Assembly (NCBI RefSeq): GCF_030684315.1
Contig: NC_081390.1
Coordinates: forward strand, 12,958,001-13,022,000
Length of the DNA stretch: 64,000 bases
Direction: 5' to 3'
Source of the DNA: Stegostoma tigrinum
Taxonomy: Eukaryota
Part shown: positions 26,111 to 37,399 of the stretch, piece after piece
Layout: each line of letters begins with the position of its first letter
How positions within the stretch are numbered: the stretch's first letter is position 1
Translations under genes and position numbers: made by a program
The notes under the pieces: generated by a model
Seen by the model: the letters and a program-made list of their open reading frames with translations, nothing else
Databases searched by the model: none
What the model was told of the DNA's origin: nothing

Positions 26111-26447
26111 TTTAAAATACTGTGTTCGCTGGTTATATTCACCCAATCTGCTCCACTTATAAAACATTCCACTGGGAAATTTGCTGCCTGGATTTAAACC
26201 GTCAATCTACAGGAAATATTCAACATGGAGCCGTATAACTGAATGTTAATCTCCTGTATTTTAAACATTGTTGTTAATGTCACAAAGCAAAATTAAAATC
26301 ATGAGACATATTCCGTCTGTTGGCATTGGCTAATAGTCCCCACGGCTAGTCTGAATCAGTGTCTAATTACAAAGTGGTTTTGTTCTGTCACATTCCAGGT
26401 TATAAATACAGTATTACAGAAGATGCTACGATGTACAAAATGATACA

Positions 26448-26668
26448 GAGATAACAAGGTGTAGAGCTGGATGAACACAGCAGGCCAAGCAGCATCATAG
26501 AAGCAGGAAAGCTGACGTTTCGGGCCTAGACCCCTCTTCAGAAAATGAGAATTTTTGTTTCAGATCCTGATCCACTGCCTGCTCCTCTGATGCTGCTTGG
26601 CCTGCTGTGTTCATCCAGCTCTACACTTTGTTATCTCAGATTCTCCAGCATCTGCAGTTCCTACTACC
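26448..26668. mobile_element. Fold-back PLE-derived element with minus-strand intact hammerhead core (26514-26541), ~60 bp upstream of the DUSP13A-like exon 3 acceptor
   Basis: Inverted arms (gagataacaaggtgtagagctggatgaacacagcaggccaagcagcatc / gatgctgcttggcctgctgtgttcatccagctctacactttgttatctc); minus strand CTGAAGA-GGGGTC-TA-GGCCC-GAAACGTC; TSD-like TA(C/T)A(A/G)AATGATACA at 26434 and 26669. Confidence 0.8.
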
Positions 26669-26730
26669 TATAGAATGATACATTTTATCCAGAAATTTAA
26701 AACAGTGTTTTGTGGTTTTCTCACCCACAG

Positions 26731-26930
26731 GGAAGATCTTTGTACACTGTGCTTTCGGATACAGCAGGTCAGTCTCCTTAGTACTGGCCTACCTCATGAT
26801 TTATCATCACCTTTCTCTGCTCGATGCAGTGAAGACAGTGGCTTCTCATCGACGGATATTTCCCAATCGAGGGTTTTTAAAGCAGTTACGAAACTTTGAC
26901 ATAAAATTACAACAGGAAAGGATTGTTTGA
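26731..26930 (+). CDS. DUSP13A: DUSP13A-like coding exon 3 (catalytic HCxxGxSRS, stop)
   Basis: Acceptor cccacAG|G at 26730; KIFVHCAFGYSRSVSLVLAYLMIYH...IFPNRGFLKQL...*. Spliced CDS 167+218+200=585 nt, 194 aa. AATAAA at 27334-27339. Confidence 0.93.
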
Positions 26931-29900
26931 CTTCTTTCCCTCTATTGAAACCAAACTGTGGCTTTTTGATAACGATAATATTTATCAGTATCTGTGCACA
27001 GCATGGTTCATATTTACTATTATGACCCTAATTTGTGCACCACCGTGACTGTAGCTAGAAGAGTTTAGAGTCCCACCACATTATGAGCAGAGATACTGCA
27101 ATTTGATTCTTATCTCAGTCAGAATGAACTTATATCTGATTTGTAAATGTTTTTGCTTTTTATTTCACCACTACCTGAGCAACATGGCACAAAAGGTCCT
27201 GCGTCAACATAGGTTTTGCAGCATTATCATATCCAAGACCTTAGAGTCATTACAGGCCCCCATCACAAACCAATTCTTTAGTATTCTATTTAAATATAAT
27301 CAGCAATTTTGTGTTGCCTCTCAAAATAGAATGAATAAATATTCAGCTTATCACAAGACTGTCATATTCCATTTGGGATATTGCCTTTCATAGCAATGAA
27401 ACTAGTTTACTTGGTGAATGTTTTGTGTTTAATCCAGTGGCTCAATTTCAAAATGGTTTATTGTTACCTTCTGATTCAGACCACTGGTTTTAATTAAGAC
27501 CTTTTTTTAAGGCTGAGCAGTTGACCTGATGACTTAAATGACCTGATGATTTTTAGGTCAAACTTGGAAGCTTGTGGGTTCAATCCCCATCTTAAAGACT
27601 TGAGCTCTTAACCTCGCGCAGTACTGATGGAATGCTACAGTGTGGAATATGACATTTATTTTTTCTCTGTAATGAATTAAACTGATGCTCCACCTTTCTT
27701 CCCACATGAAAGTAAAAGATCCTGTGGCCCTATGAAAGAGGGTAGAGGAGTTTCACTGCTGGGCAACATTTATCCCTCACCAAACAACATAGCTCACATA
27801 TTGCTGTTTGTAGGATTTTTTGGGTGCAAATTCATTGGGATGTTTGTCTATAAGTATAACAGTGAATGCACTTCAAAAATGATTCATTGCTTTGAAGTCC
27901 CTTCTGAGAAAAGGGGAAGAGGGAGCATAGGTGGGCTATCTTCACTCCCCAAACCTGGGACATTCTTACCATTTTAGGCCACGACTTGACACTCTTTCAT
28001 TTGAGTTTTATTTTCTGCCCATTTTTAAATGGTTCTGCCTCTATAAGTGTTGACTTTGCTCCAGAAGTAACAGAATAGCCCTATTAACAAAACTAGGCTG
28101 CTGTGTACTAGTTGGAATCTCACTGGAATCCCATCCTGCAAACATAATCAGTCCCAATCCAAGCTTTCATACACTACACCACCTGCTCCTCACACACATT
28201 CAGTAAAATCCAAACCTTCCATTCCTGATTCTCAGTAGCAGCAGAGTATACCATCTACAAGGTGCACTGCAAAAATTCACCAAAGTTCCTTAGGCAGCAC
28301 CTTTCAAACCTACAACCACAACCATCTAAAAGGACAAGGGCAGCAGATATATGGGAACACTACTACCTGCAAATTCACCTCCAAACCACTCACCATCCTG
28401 AGTTGGAAATATATTACTTTCCATCTGTGTAGTTAGGTAAGAATCCTGGAACTGATTTCCTAACAGCATTGTGGGCGTACCCACAACAAGTGGACTGCCA
28501 CAGTTCAAGAAGGCAGCTCACCACCAGCTGCTCAAGGGCAAATAGGGATGGGCAATAAATACTTGCCAAGCCAGTGACACCAACCTCTCATCAATGAATT
28601 TAAGAAGCACACACTTGCCTTAGGCAATCACACCTAAAGAATAGCAAGTCCAGAAGGTCTGCCATGCAGTAGCATCGAGTAACTGAGGGAGGGAAATCCT
28701 ACTGGTTTGTCAATATGCCCAGCAAAGGTAGCAATGTGGCAGAATGTTTGATTACTAAACCAAGGATTGTGGATACAACTTCAAACTGTGATTTCACTGG
28801 GAAAGAGTTACTGAGCTCCCAGCCAACTCGTGAAAGTGAACTAAGGGAGTGAAAGTCTGATTGAAATAATCTTATCCTAGTTTCCAATTACATGGCAGGG
28901 AACTTAATGAATGGAACCATGGCTGACTAAATTTTGCTGTTCCTGATAAATCGAGGGAGTGGAGAGGTGAAGAAAGGAAAGTAGACATTTAACACATCAC
29001 TAACTAGGGAGAACACAAAAGAATCCTTGAAAACATGAACTAAGTAACAAATAGTGGACATTGCAATGTAATGCAAATATTTTCATTAAAACTCATGTGT
29101 GGTTGAAGTTGGGAGGTTCAAATTCCAGTCCTTTTTATGATGGTTATATTTGATGGTGTATGGAGATTAAGTCACTGAATATATTCAAAAAATAAATCAA
29201 TAGGTTTCTAGAGATCAAGAATGTAAGAACTAAGAAGTAAGAGAAAAAGTGGGCAATTCCACTCCTTGAGCCTGCTCCAAGGTGTGAATGGAAACAGGGA
29301 GAGAGCAGTAGTATCACACTGGGGTAAAGGGTCAGCCATGACCATAATGAATGGTGGAACAGCCTCAATGGGGTAAATGGTCTGTCCTATCCCTTATTTT
29401 CTATGCTTCTATCACACCATTATTTCAGAAGTCAGTGCTTTATTTTCAGTGGAGAGCTGTCAGAGCAGACGTACAGTATTGACAGCCCCCTTCACTAGCA
29501 CAAAAAAACTAGCCTAATGGCAAAGATGTAACTAATTGTCAATTATTGTAAAAATCCACCTGGTTCATTCATGTTCCTTAGGGAAGGGAACTATCTTTAC
29601 TTGGTCTGGTGTACACATGACTCTGGATCCTTGGGAATCTGTTTGACTCTTAACCAAACCCGAAGCGATTAGGGATAGGTGATAAACATCGTCCTGGTTT
29701 GTGACACCCTTATCCCCGAACAAATAAACAAGAAAAACACAAAGAAGTCAGAAGGTCCTCCAATCCACAGACAGGAGTAGCTAATAATTAACAGTCTATG
29801 TAGTACATTTGCTCCTGAGCCATTGGAGGCTTCCTTACCAAGTGTGAATAATGTAAAGTTTAGAGTTATTTAGGGATTCACTGATTTCCGTTAAGGGCAA

Positions 29901-30214
29901 AACAAAGACAAACCTGAAAGACTTCTTATAATAAAAATGAAATAAAGCAGACACTGGAAATCTGAAGTAAAAACAGCAAATGCTGGAGAAATTTGACAGG
30001 CCTGGCCACATCTGAGGAAAGAAAAACAAATTTAACATTTTGGGTCTGATGTGACTCTCCTTCCAGTTTCAGAGAGTCATGTTGGACTCGAAACGTTAAA
30101 TCTGTTTCTGTCTGAAACATTTCTTTCCTGGTCAGTAGAATCAAAACAGATCACAAACAGTAGAGTGTATAAAACCATTTTTTGTTACATAGACATCTGT
30201 GGAAATTCTGGAAA

Positions 30215-30600
30215 GGTTGTGGTCCAACGATTGTGCTCTCACCTCTGACTCAAAAGGTTGTGAGTTAATGTCCCACTGCAGAGATATGAATATATACTGA
30301 CATTTCATTGCAGAAGTTGGGGAGGGCTGCTTTGTCGGAGGTTCTGTCTTCATTTGAGATTTTAAACAGGTGTTAAGGTGGGTTCATAAGATCCTGTGGC
30401 AATCACTCCATTAAAAAGTAGTGTAGACTTCTGGTGAATATTTATTCTTCAGCCAATATGACTCAAAAAAAACATTTGATTATTATCACATTGTTGTTTG
30501 GGGTGAGTGTTCTATGTACAAATTAGACGTCATTGCTTCCAGCATTAGAACATTAATGGCATTCAATGAGCACCTAAAGGGTTTTAAAGCACATTGAAAT
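30215..30600 (+). mobile_element. Deu-domain SINE-like element (second copy ~27560-27900, fragment ~63600-63745 on minus)
   Basis: GAGGGCTGCTTTGTCGGAGGTTCTGTCTT..TGAGAT.TTAAAC..AAGATCCTGTGGCA resembles the AmnSINE1/SacSINE1 Deu core as recalled; tRNA-like head. Confidence 0.55.
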
Positions 30601-30636
30601 GCCCTTAGCTAGAACATGATATGATCTCTCATATCA

Positions 30637-30925
30637 GAGAATCTCAACAGTATCGAAACAGGCCCTTTGGCCTAACAAGTCCACATTAACTCCCAGAGCA
30701 TCCCACCCAAACCCATCCCCCTATAACCCACCTAATCTACACATCCCTGAACACTATGGGCATTTATCATGGCCAATCCACCCTAACCTGCACATCTTTG
30801 GACTGTGGGAGGAAACCAGAGCACCCAGAGGAAAATCCACACAGACAGTTGCCCAAGGGTGGAATCAAACCCAGGTTTCTGGTGCTGTGAAGCAGCAGTG
30901 CTAATCACTGAGCCACTGTGCCACC
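30637..30925 (-). mobile_element. HE1-type SINE
   Basis: Reverse-complement match with an internal deletion. Confidence 0.8.
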
Positions 30926-32672
30926 CCAGCCACTGTACTGCTCTATTTTCCATTGATCAATCTCCATTGATCTATTTTGAAGCTGAGACTGCCACTCTAG
31001 ATAAGCCTGTTCAATTAAGCCATTGCCATCAAGCACAAAGCTTTCTTTTACATCTGTTCTGGTTGAAGTGTTGTCAAACCAGTTGTATAGGTAGTCTGAG
31101 CTCAGCACACATCAGCAATTCCTCTCCCTCTATCTGGCAGATCAGAAACTGAGAAGTTTTTTTTTCTTTTGCTGTTCCATGAGGTGTGAACGTCACAGGC
31201 AAGGCCAGTATTTGATGCCCATCCCTAACAGTCCTTGAATTGAGTGGCTCGCTGGATCACAAGAGTTATCTATGTTGCCCACACAATGGCTAGACCAGAT
31301 AAGGATAGCAGATTTCCTTGCCTTAAAAGGCATTAGTGAACTAGATGGGTTTTTACAACAATTGATGTGCCATCATTACTGAGTCAGGCTTTTTATTCCA
31401 GATTTATTAATTGAACTAAAAGTTGCTATGTCAGGATTTGGATCCATATCCACAGAGCATTAACTTGTCCGTGTAGATTACTAATCCAGCAACATTACCG
31501 CTTCACCCGCATCTGTCTGCTTTTCTGCTTGCTCCTTATAAATCTTGATTCTCTTCTGGATCAAATATCTGTCTAACTCTGCTTTGAACATATTCAATGG
31601 CCAAGTTTTCACTGCTGGCTGAGGTCAGAAATCCCAAACACTAACAATTCTCTGACAGGTCCTTCTCCTCATCTCCAACTTGAGTAATGTTCAATGTTGT
31701 TGTTCATGTGGGTCCAAGATTCAAGTCAACCCCAGAACTTCAGGCCCTAACCAAAATTTCCTTCAGGGGCCTCAAGACATATCTGTGAAGCACCGGATTT
31801 GCATGTCACACAATGCAAGAAAATGTTTATTAACTGTGGCATACTCCTTTTCTGCTGTTGCAAGATAATTTAGTCACAGAATCATACCTTCTGTCTAGAG
31901 TCTGTAATATCCGCATCTCACTCCAAACGGGTTTCATAAAAATGCGCATTATATATTAAATAAATAATTAGAGACAACACTTCCTAAAGCACCACATGCC
32001 TGTTTGTCTAATTACTGGCACTGCTTCGGGCACCTTGCACTTGCCAACTCAAAAAGCAACCACTTTGACTCAAAATACCTTTCTCCTTAATAAACAATGA
32101 CATGCAAACCAACGCCCCTCCGCCTCCGGCCACCATGATTCAGTCTCCTGCAGCCTAGCCTTCAAGTGAACTCTACTTATAACTACAGAATCTCTCCACT
32201 GTACATCATAAGGTTACTTTTCATATCTGTACCCTATCAAGGACAAACACATAGAGCGAGGCAGACGACAAACCCAACCTATGGAAACATTTCCTTTCTG
32301 CTTCTAACACAGAAAGAAAGCAAAGACAATGGCTTAAGGCCCAGAAAGATATTCAATCCAGAAACAAATCCTATAATGAGTTCTTTGTGCTTCAAAAATG
32401 CTAATTAAATACATACTAATTACTAAAAAAGCATGTTCTATTTGTGTGTACAGCCACTGCATCAAAGCAAAGAATTTAATACAAAACCTTAAAATATAAA
32501 TGATAGGCAACAATAATTTATTAAAAGATTGCAGGCATCCCCTGTCAATCAAAGTATATCTGTATTCAGTCATCGACTGACCTGCTATCTGGTATATTGC
32601 CTCGTCTTGTCATCTATACAGTGTCAACGAACACAATATGATGATGTGGATTATGTTGCAATAGCATACATT

Positions 32673-32676
<4 letters not shown>

Positions 32677-32706
<30 letters not shown>

Positions 32707-32707
32707 A
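32677..32707. repeat. (CA)n microsatellite
   Basis: gcgcgcacacacaca... run. Confidence 0.95.
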
Positions 32708-32759
32708 ACTGTGACTTTACTATCAGAACAGCTTGCAGTTAACAATGTCATGAGAACAT

Positions 32760-33061
32760 GGGCGCCACGGTGGCTCAGTGGTTAGCACTGCAGCCTCACA
32801 GCTCCAGGGACCCGGGTTTGATTCCAGCCTATGGTAACCGTCTGTGCGGAGTTTGCACATTCTCCCCGTGTCTGCGTGGGTTTCCTCCGGGTGTTCCGGT
32901 TTCCTCCCACAGTTCAAAGATGTGCAGGCTAGGTGGATCGGCAATGCTAAATTGCCCATAGTGTTTAGGGGGATGGGTCTGGGTGGAATGCTCCAACAGG
33001 TAGTGTGGACTTGTTGGGCCGAAGGGCCTATTTCCACAGTAACGGAATCTAATCTAATCTA
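32760..33061 (+). mobile_element. HE1-type tRNA-derived SINE
   Basis: tRNA-like head GGTGGCTCAGTGGTTAGCACT...GGGTTTGATTCC (A/B boxes), core TGTGCGGAGTTTGCACATTCTCCCCGTGTCTGCGTGGGTTTCCTCCGGG, CR1-like tail and (AATCT)n. Confidence 0.88.
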
Positions 33062-34090
33062 AACACTGGCACTTTTATTTCACACATCCTCTAGAACTTA
33101 AATGGTAAGGGGGTAAAACTCTTACCAGTGCCATCCTGCCCAATTATTTTCCTTTCTCAAACATAAAGTTCCCACCATGCTGCCCCTCCAAACACCTACA
33201 CCCAATCCGTCAACATCCCCATCACATCTAGGGAGGATGAAACTTCACCCAAAGGTTTTGGTCTTCCCAATATTTAATTGAAAAAGATTTCTGCTCATCC
33301 AATACTGGATTTTGGAAACCTGAATGACAAATCGGAGGTTGTAGTCAGGTTGAGAGATGCTGGGAAGATGGGGCTGGGACATCAGAATCCAGCAAACTAC
33401 AATTGAAGATTGTTAAAGTAAGCAAAGACAGAGATTCTCAAAAAACTGTGTACAATGCAATGAAATTTGTGATGCTTGAAAATCAACACACATATATAGA
33501 ATGTCAAAGATCTAAAAGTCAACACTGAACTCAAACCAAACCATATGAACACTGGTGGCTACAAGTGCAGGTCAGATACTGTCAGTTCTGTGCAAAATAA
33601 CTTTATCTCCTGACTCCCCAAAATACATTACTCATCCACAAGGCACACATCGAACCCACTTGCATGGATGGGTATAGCTCCAACAACACTCAAAAAACTT
33701 GACACTTTCAAGGACAAAGCAGTCCACTTGATCGGCATCACATCTATGATTTTAAATATTCACTCTTTCCACCACCATTGCACATTGATAGCAGCATGTA
33801 CAGTCAATAAGATGTACTGCAGTGACTCTCCATGCTCCTTAGAAAGGACTTTTCAGACCTGCAACCTCTACTCCCAAGAAGAGCAAGTGTTACAGATGCA
33901 CGGAAACAAGGCCAGCTGCAAGTTCCCCTCCAAGCAACACATTACCCTGAGTTAGAGCTGTATGGATGTTCCTTCACAATGACTGGGTTAAAAATCCTGT
34001 AACTGCCTTTTTCCCTGCACTGTGGGCGAACTGACATCACATGGGCTGCAACCTTTCAAGAAACCAGCTCATCACCATCATCACCATCTT

Positions 34091-35533
34091 TGAAGACTGG
34101 ACGATAGCAAATGTTGTCACCTTGTTCAAGAAGAGGAGTAGAGACAACCCTAGTAATTAGAGACCAGTGAGCCTTATTTCAGTTGTTGGTAAAGTGTTGG
34201 AAAGGATTATAAGTGATCGGATTTATAATCATCTAGAAAGGAATAATTTGTATAGGGATAGTCAACACAGTGTTGTGAAGGGTAGGTTGTGCCTCACAAA
34301 CCTTACTGAGTTCTTTGAGAAGGTGACCAAACAGGTGGATGAGGGTAAAGGGGTTGATGTGGTGTATATGGATTTCAGTAAAGCATTTGATCATGTTCCC
34401 CACAGTAGGCTATTGCAGAGAATACGGAGACATGGGGTTGAGGGTGAATTAGCAGTTTGGATCAGAAATTGGCTAGCTGTAAGAAGACAGAGGGTGGTGG
34501 TTGACGGGAAATGTTCATCCTGGAGTTCAATTACTAGTGGTGTACCGTAAGAATCTGTTTTGGGGCCACTGCTGTTTGTCATTTTTATAAATGGCCTGTA
34601 TGAGGGCGTAGAAGGATGGGCTAGTAAATTTGCGGATAACACTAAAGTTGGTGGAGTTGTGGATAGTGCGGAAGAATGTTGCAGGTTACAGAGGGACATA
34701 GATAAACTGCAGAGCTGGGCTGAGAGGTGGCAAATGGAGTTTACTGCGGAAAAGTGTGAGGTGATTCAGTTTGGAAGTAGTAACAGGAATACAGAGTACT
34801 GGGCTAATGGTAAGATTCTTGGTAGTGTGGATGAGCTGAGAGATCTCGGTGTCCATGTACATAGATCCCTGAAAGTTGCCACCCAGGTTGACAGGGTTGT
34901 TAGGAAGGCGTACGGAGTGTTAGGTTTTATTGATGGAGGGATTGCGTTTTGGAGCCATGAGGTCATGTTGCAGCTGTACAAAACTCTGGTGCGGCCGCAC
35001 ATGGAGTATTGCATACGGTGCTGGTCGCCGCATTATAGGAAGGATATGGAAACATTGGAAAGGATGCAGGGGAGATTTACCAGGATGTTGCCTGGTATGA
35101 AGGGAAGATCTTATGAGGAGAGGCTGAGGGACTTGAGGCTGTTTTCGTTAGATGGAAGAAGGTTGAGAGGTGACTTAATAGAAACATACAAGATGATCAG
35201 AGGATTAGACAGAGTGGGCAGTGAGAGCTTTTTTCCTCTGATGGTGATGGCTAGCACAAGGGAACATAGTCTTTAATTGAGGGGTGATAGATATAGGACA
35301 GATGTCAGAGGTAGGTTCTTTAATCAGAGAGTAGTGAGGGTGTGGAATGCCCTCCTGCAACAGTAATAGACTCGACAACTTTAAGGGCATTTAAATGGTC
35401 ATTGGATAAATATATAGATAATAATGGAATAGTGTAGGTTAGATGGGCTTCAGATTGGTTTCACAGGTCGGTGTAACATCGAGGGCCAAAGGTACTGCCT
35501 TGTAATGTTCTACGTTCTATCTTCCTATGTTCT
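34091..35533 (+). mobile_element. CR1-clade LINE 3' fragment (RT), inserted into an older LINE tail
   Basis: CLTNLTEFFEKVT..YMDFSKAFD..SGVP*, SKFADNTKVGG; tail GTTCTACGTTCTAT; the flanks rejoin as one older element. Confidence 0.9.
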
Positions 35534-36016
35534 GAAGGCCAACTACAAATAGGCAATAAATACTGGCCTGACCAGAACATCTACGTCATTTGGTTTAATA
35601 AATTAAAAAAAGTTGATGCAGCGTGTTGGATTCATACTCCAGAGTTGAAAAGATTTTATTCAGGAATCAGAAAAGCAGGAGAGTTCTCAAAGATCATTGA
35701 CATCACAGAAACAAACCATTCAGTTCATAATGCTTATGCTGGTTCTTGGAAAGAGTTCCAATTGTCTGATCTCTCCTGTGCTCCTGCAAAATTTTCCATT
35801 TCCTTTACATTTAATTCTTTTACAATTTGGTTTCAATTACATTTTCAACTTACGCATTTCAGATTATAACAATTTGCTGTTCAAAAACAAAGGCTTCCTC
35901 ATCTACCCTCTGGTTCTTTTCCTAATCGCATTAAATATGTCGACTCATTATCAACTTGACTGTCAGTAGAACTTGTTTCTTCCTATCCACCAAAATCCTC
36001 CATAATTTCACACATT

Positions 36017-36720
36017 CATAGAGTCATAAAGACATATAACATGGAAACACATCCTTCAGTCCAACCAGCCCATGCCGACCATGATTTCAAACTAAACTAG
36101 TCCCAACTGTCTGCATTTGGCCTATATCTCTCCAAACCTTTCCTACCCATGTACATATTAAACATTGTAACATTGTAACTGTACCTGCATGCATCACTTC
36201 CTTTGACAGTTCATTCTACACATGAGCCGCTCTCCATGTAAAAATGTTGCCCCACATGTTCTTTTTAAAACTTTCTCCTCCCAACTTAAAAATGTGCCCC
36301 TGAGCTTTGAATTCCCCCACCCTAGGGAAAAGACCCCTGCTGCTTCGACTTATGTGTATACCCCTCATGATTTTATAAACCTCTATATGGTCACAGCTAA
36401 CTCTCCCACACTCCAGTGAAACATGTCCTATCCTATCCAGCCTATATTTTTAACTCAAACCCTCCATTCCTGGCAACAGCCTGGTGGATCTTTTCTGAAC
36501 ACTCTCCGATTTAATAATATCCTTCCTATAATAGGGCAACCAGAACGCGACGAAGTACTCCAGAAAAGGCTTCACCAACGTTCTATACAATCTCAAAATG
36601 ACATCCCAACTCCATTGAAAGTTTTGAGTAATGAAGGCAAGTGTGCTAAATACGTTCTTAACAACCCTGTCTACTTGTGATGTAAATTTCAAAGAATTAT
36701 GTACCTGAACCCTACGTCTT
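36017..36720 (-). mobile_element. CR1 LINE 3' fragment
   Basis: ORF 36450-36734 LRLYRTLVKPFLEYFVAFWLPYYRKD; typical CR1 3' UTR. Confidence 0.85.
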
Positions 36721-37399
36721 CCTTTACCTTTCACATCTCTAAAGAGAATAATTCAAACACTTTGACATCCTTCCTAAGGTGTGAAGGTTAGAATAGGACA
36801 CAATATCCAAGTGAGGGATAACTAGTGTTTTATGTCTACCTTCTCCGGATGCTTTCATTGGTTTGCAAAAGGTACAGGATGGTTGGTTTATACTCATAAA
36901 AATTTATGAAAGAGTCACAGCTTTTAACAACCCTTGAAGGAAAGATGAAATTATTTTGTTCAGGCTTAATGCATTTTTTTTACTGTCAAAAGCAGAGAAA
37001 GCACCCGAGCCAGTGGAGATCTAAAGCATCCCCAACCTGTTCACAGCTACCTGAGAACCAATCAAGTAGTTGTTGTCAGGCAGAGAATGTTGCCATTGAT
37101 AATGGTCATTTGTCCACAGACCAATCAGTTTCTTGCTGCCTGATGCATCTCCATTTGTATATACTGCTCAGCTCCAGCTCTGCTGCAAACTTCACCTCAA
37201 TTACTGTTGTAACAAACAGCTATGTAAACAGCACTTACAATCAGTTGTGGTTACATGCTTTTAAAATCTACAAAAATCCTTCAGCAATCCTTGGTTTTAA
37301 AACAGTTTTTCCCCTCATTTTAGCCCACAATTAAAATACAGAAAAATAAAAGACTCAAGCTTTACACCTTGACCTCACCTTCTGTCTTAATCCTATCTG

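Noticed and set aside
32760-32830. tRNA genes (also at the other SINE heads)
   Set aside because: tRNA-derived SINE heads that continue into SINE core and tail, not stand-alone tRNAs.
36906-37334. 142-aa ORF between DUSP genes 1 and 2 (possible fourth paralogue)
   Set aside because: No DUSP motifs or other recognisable domain; likely a chance ORF.
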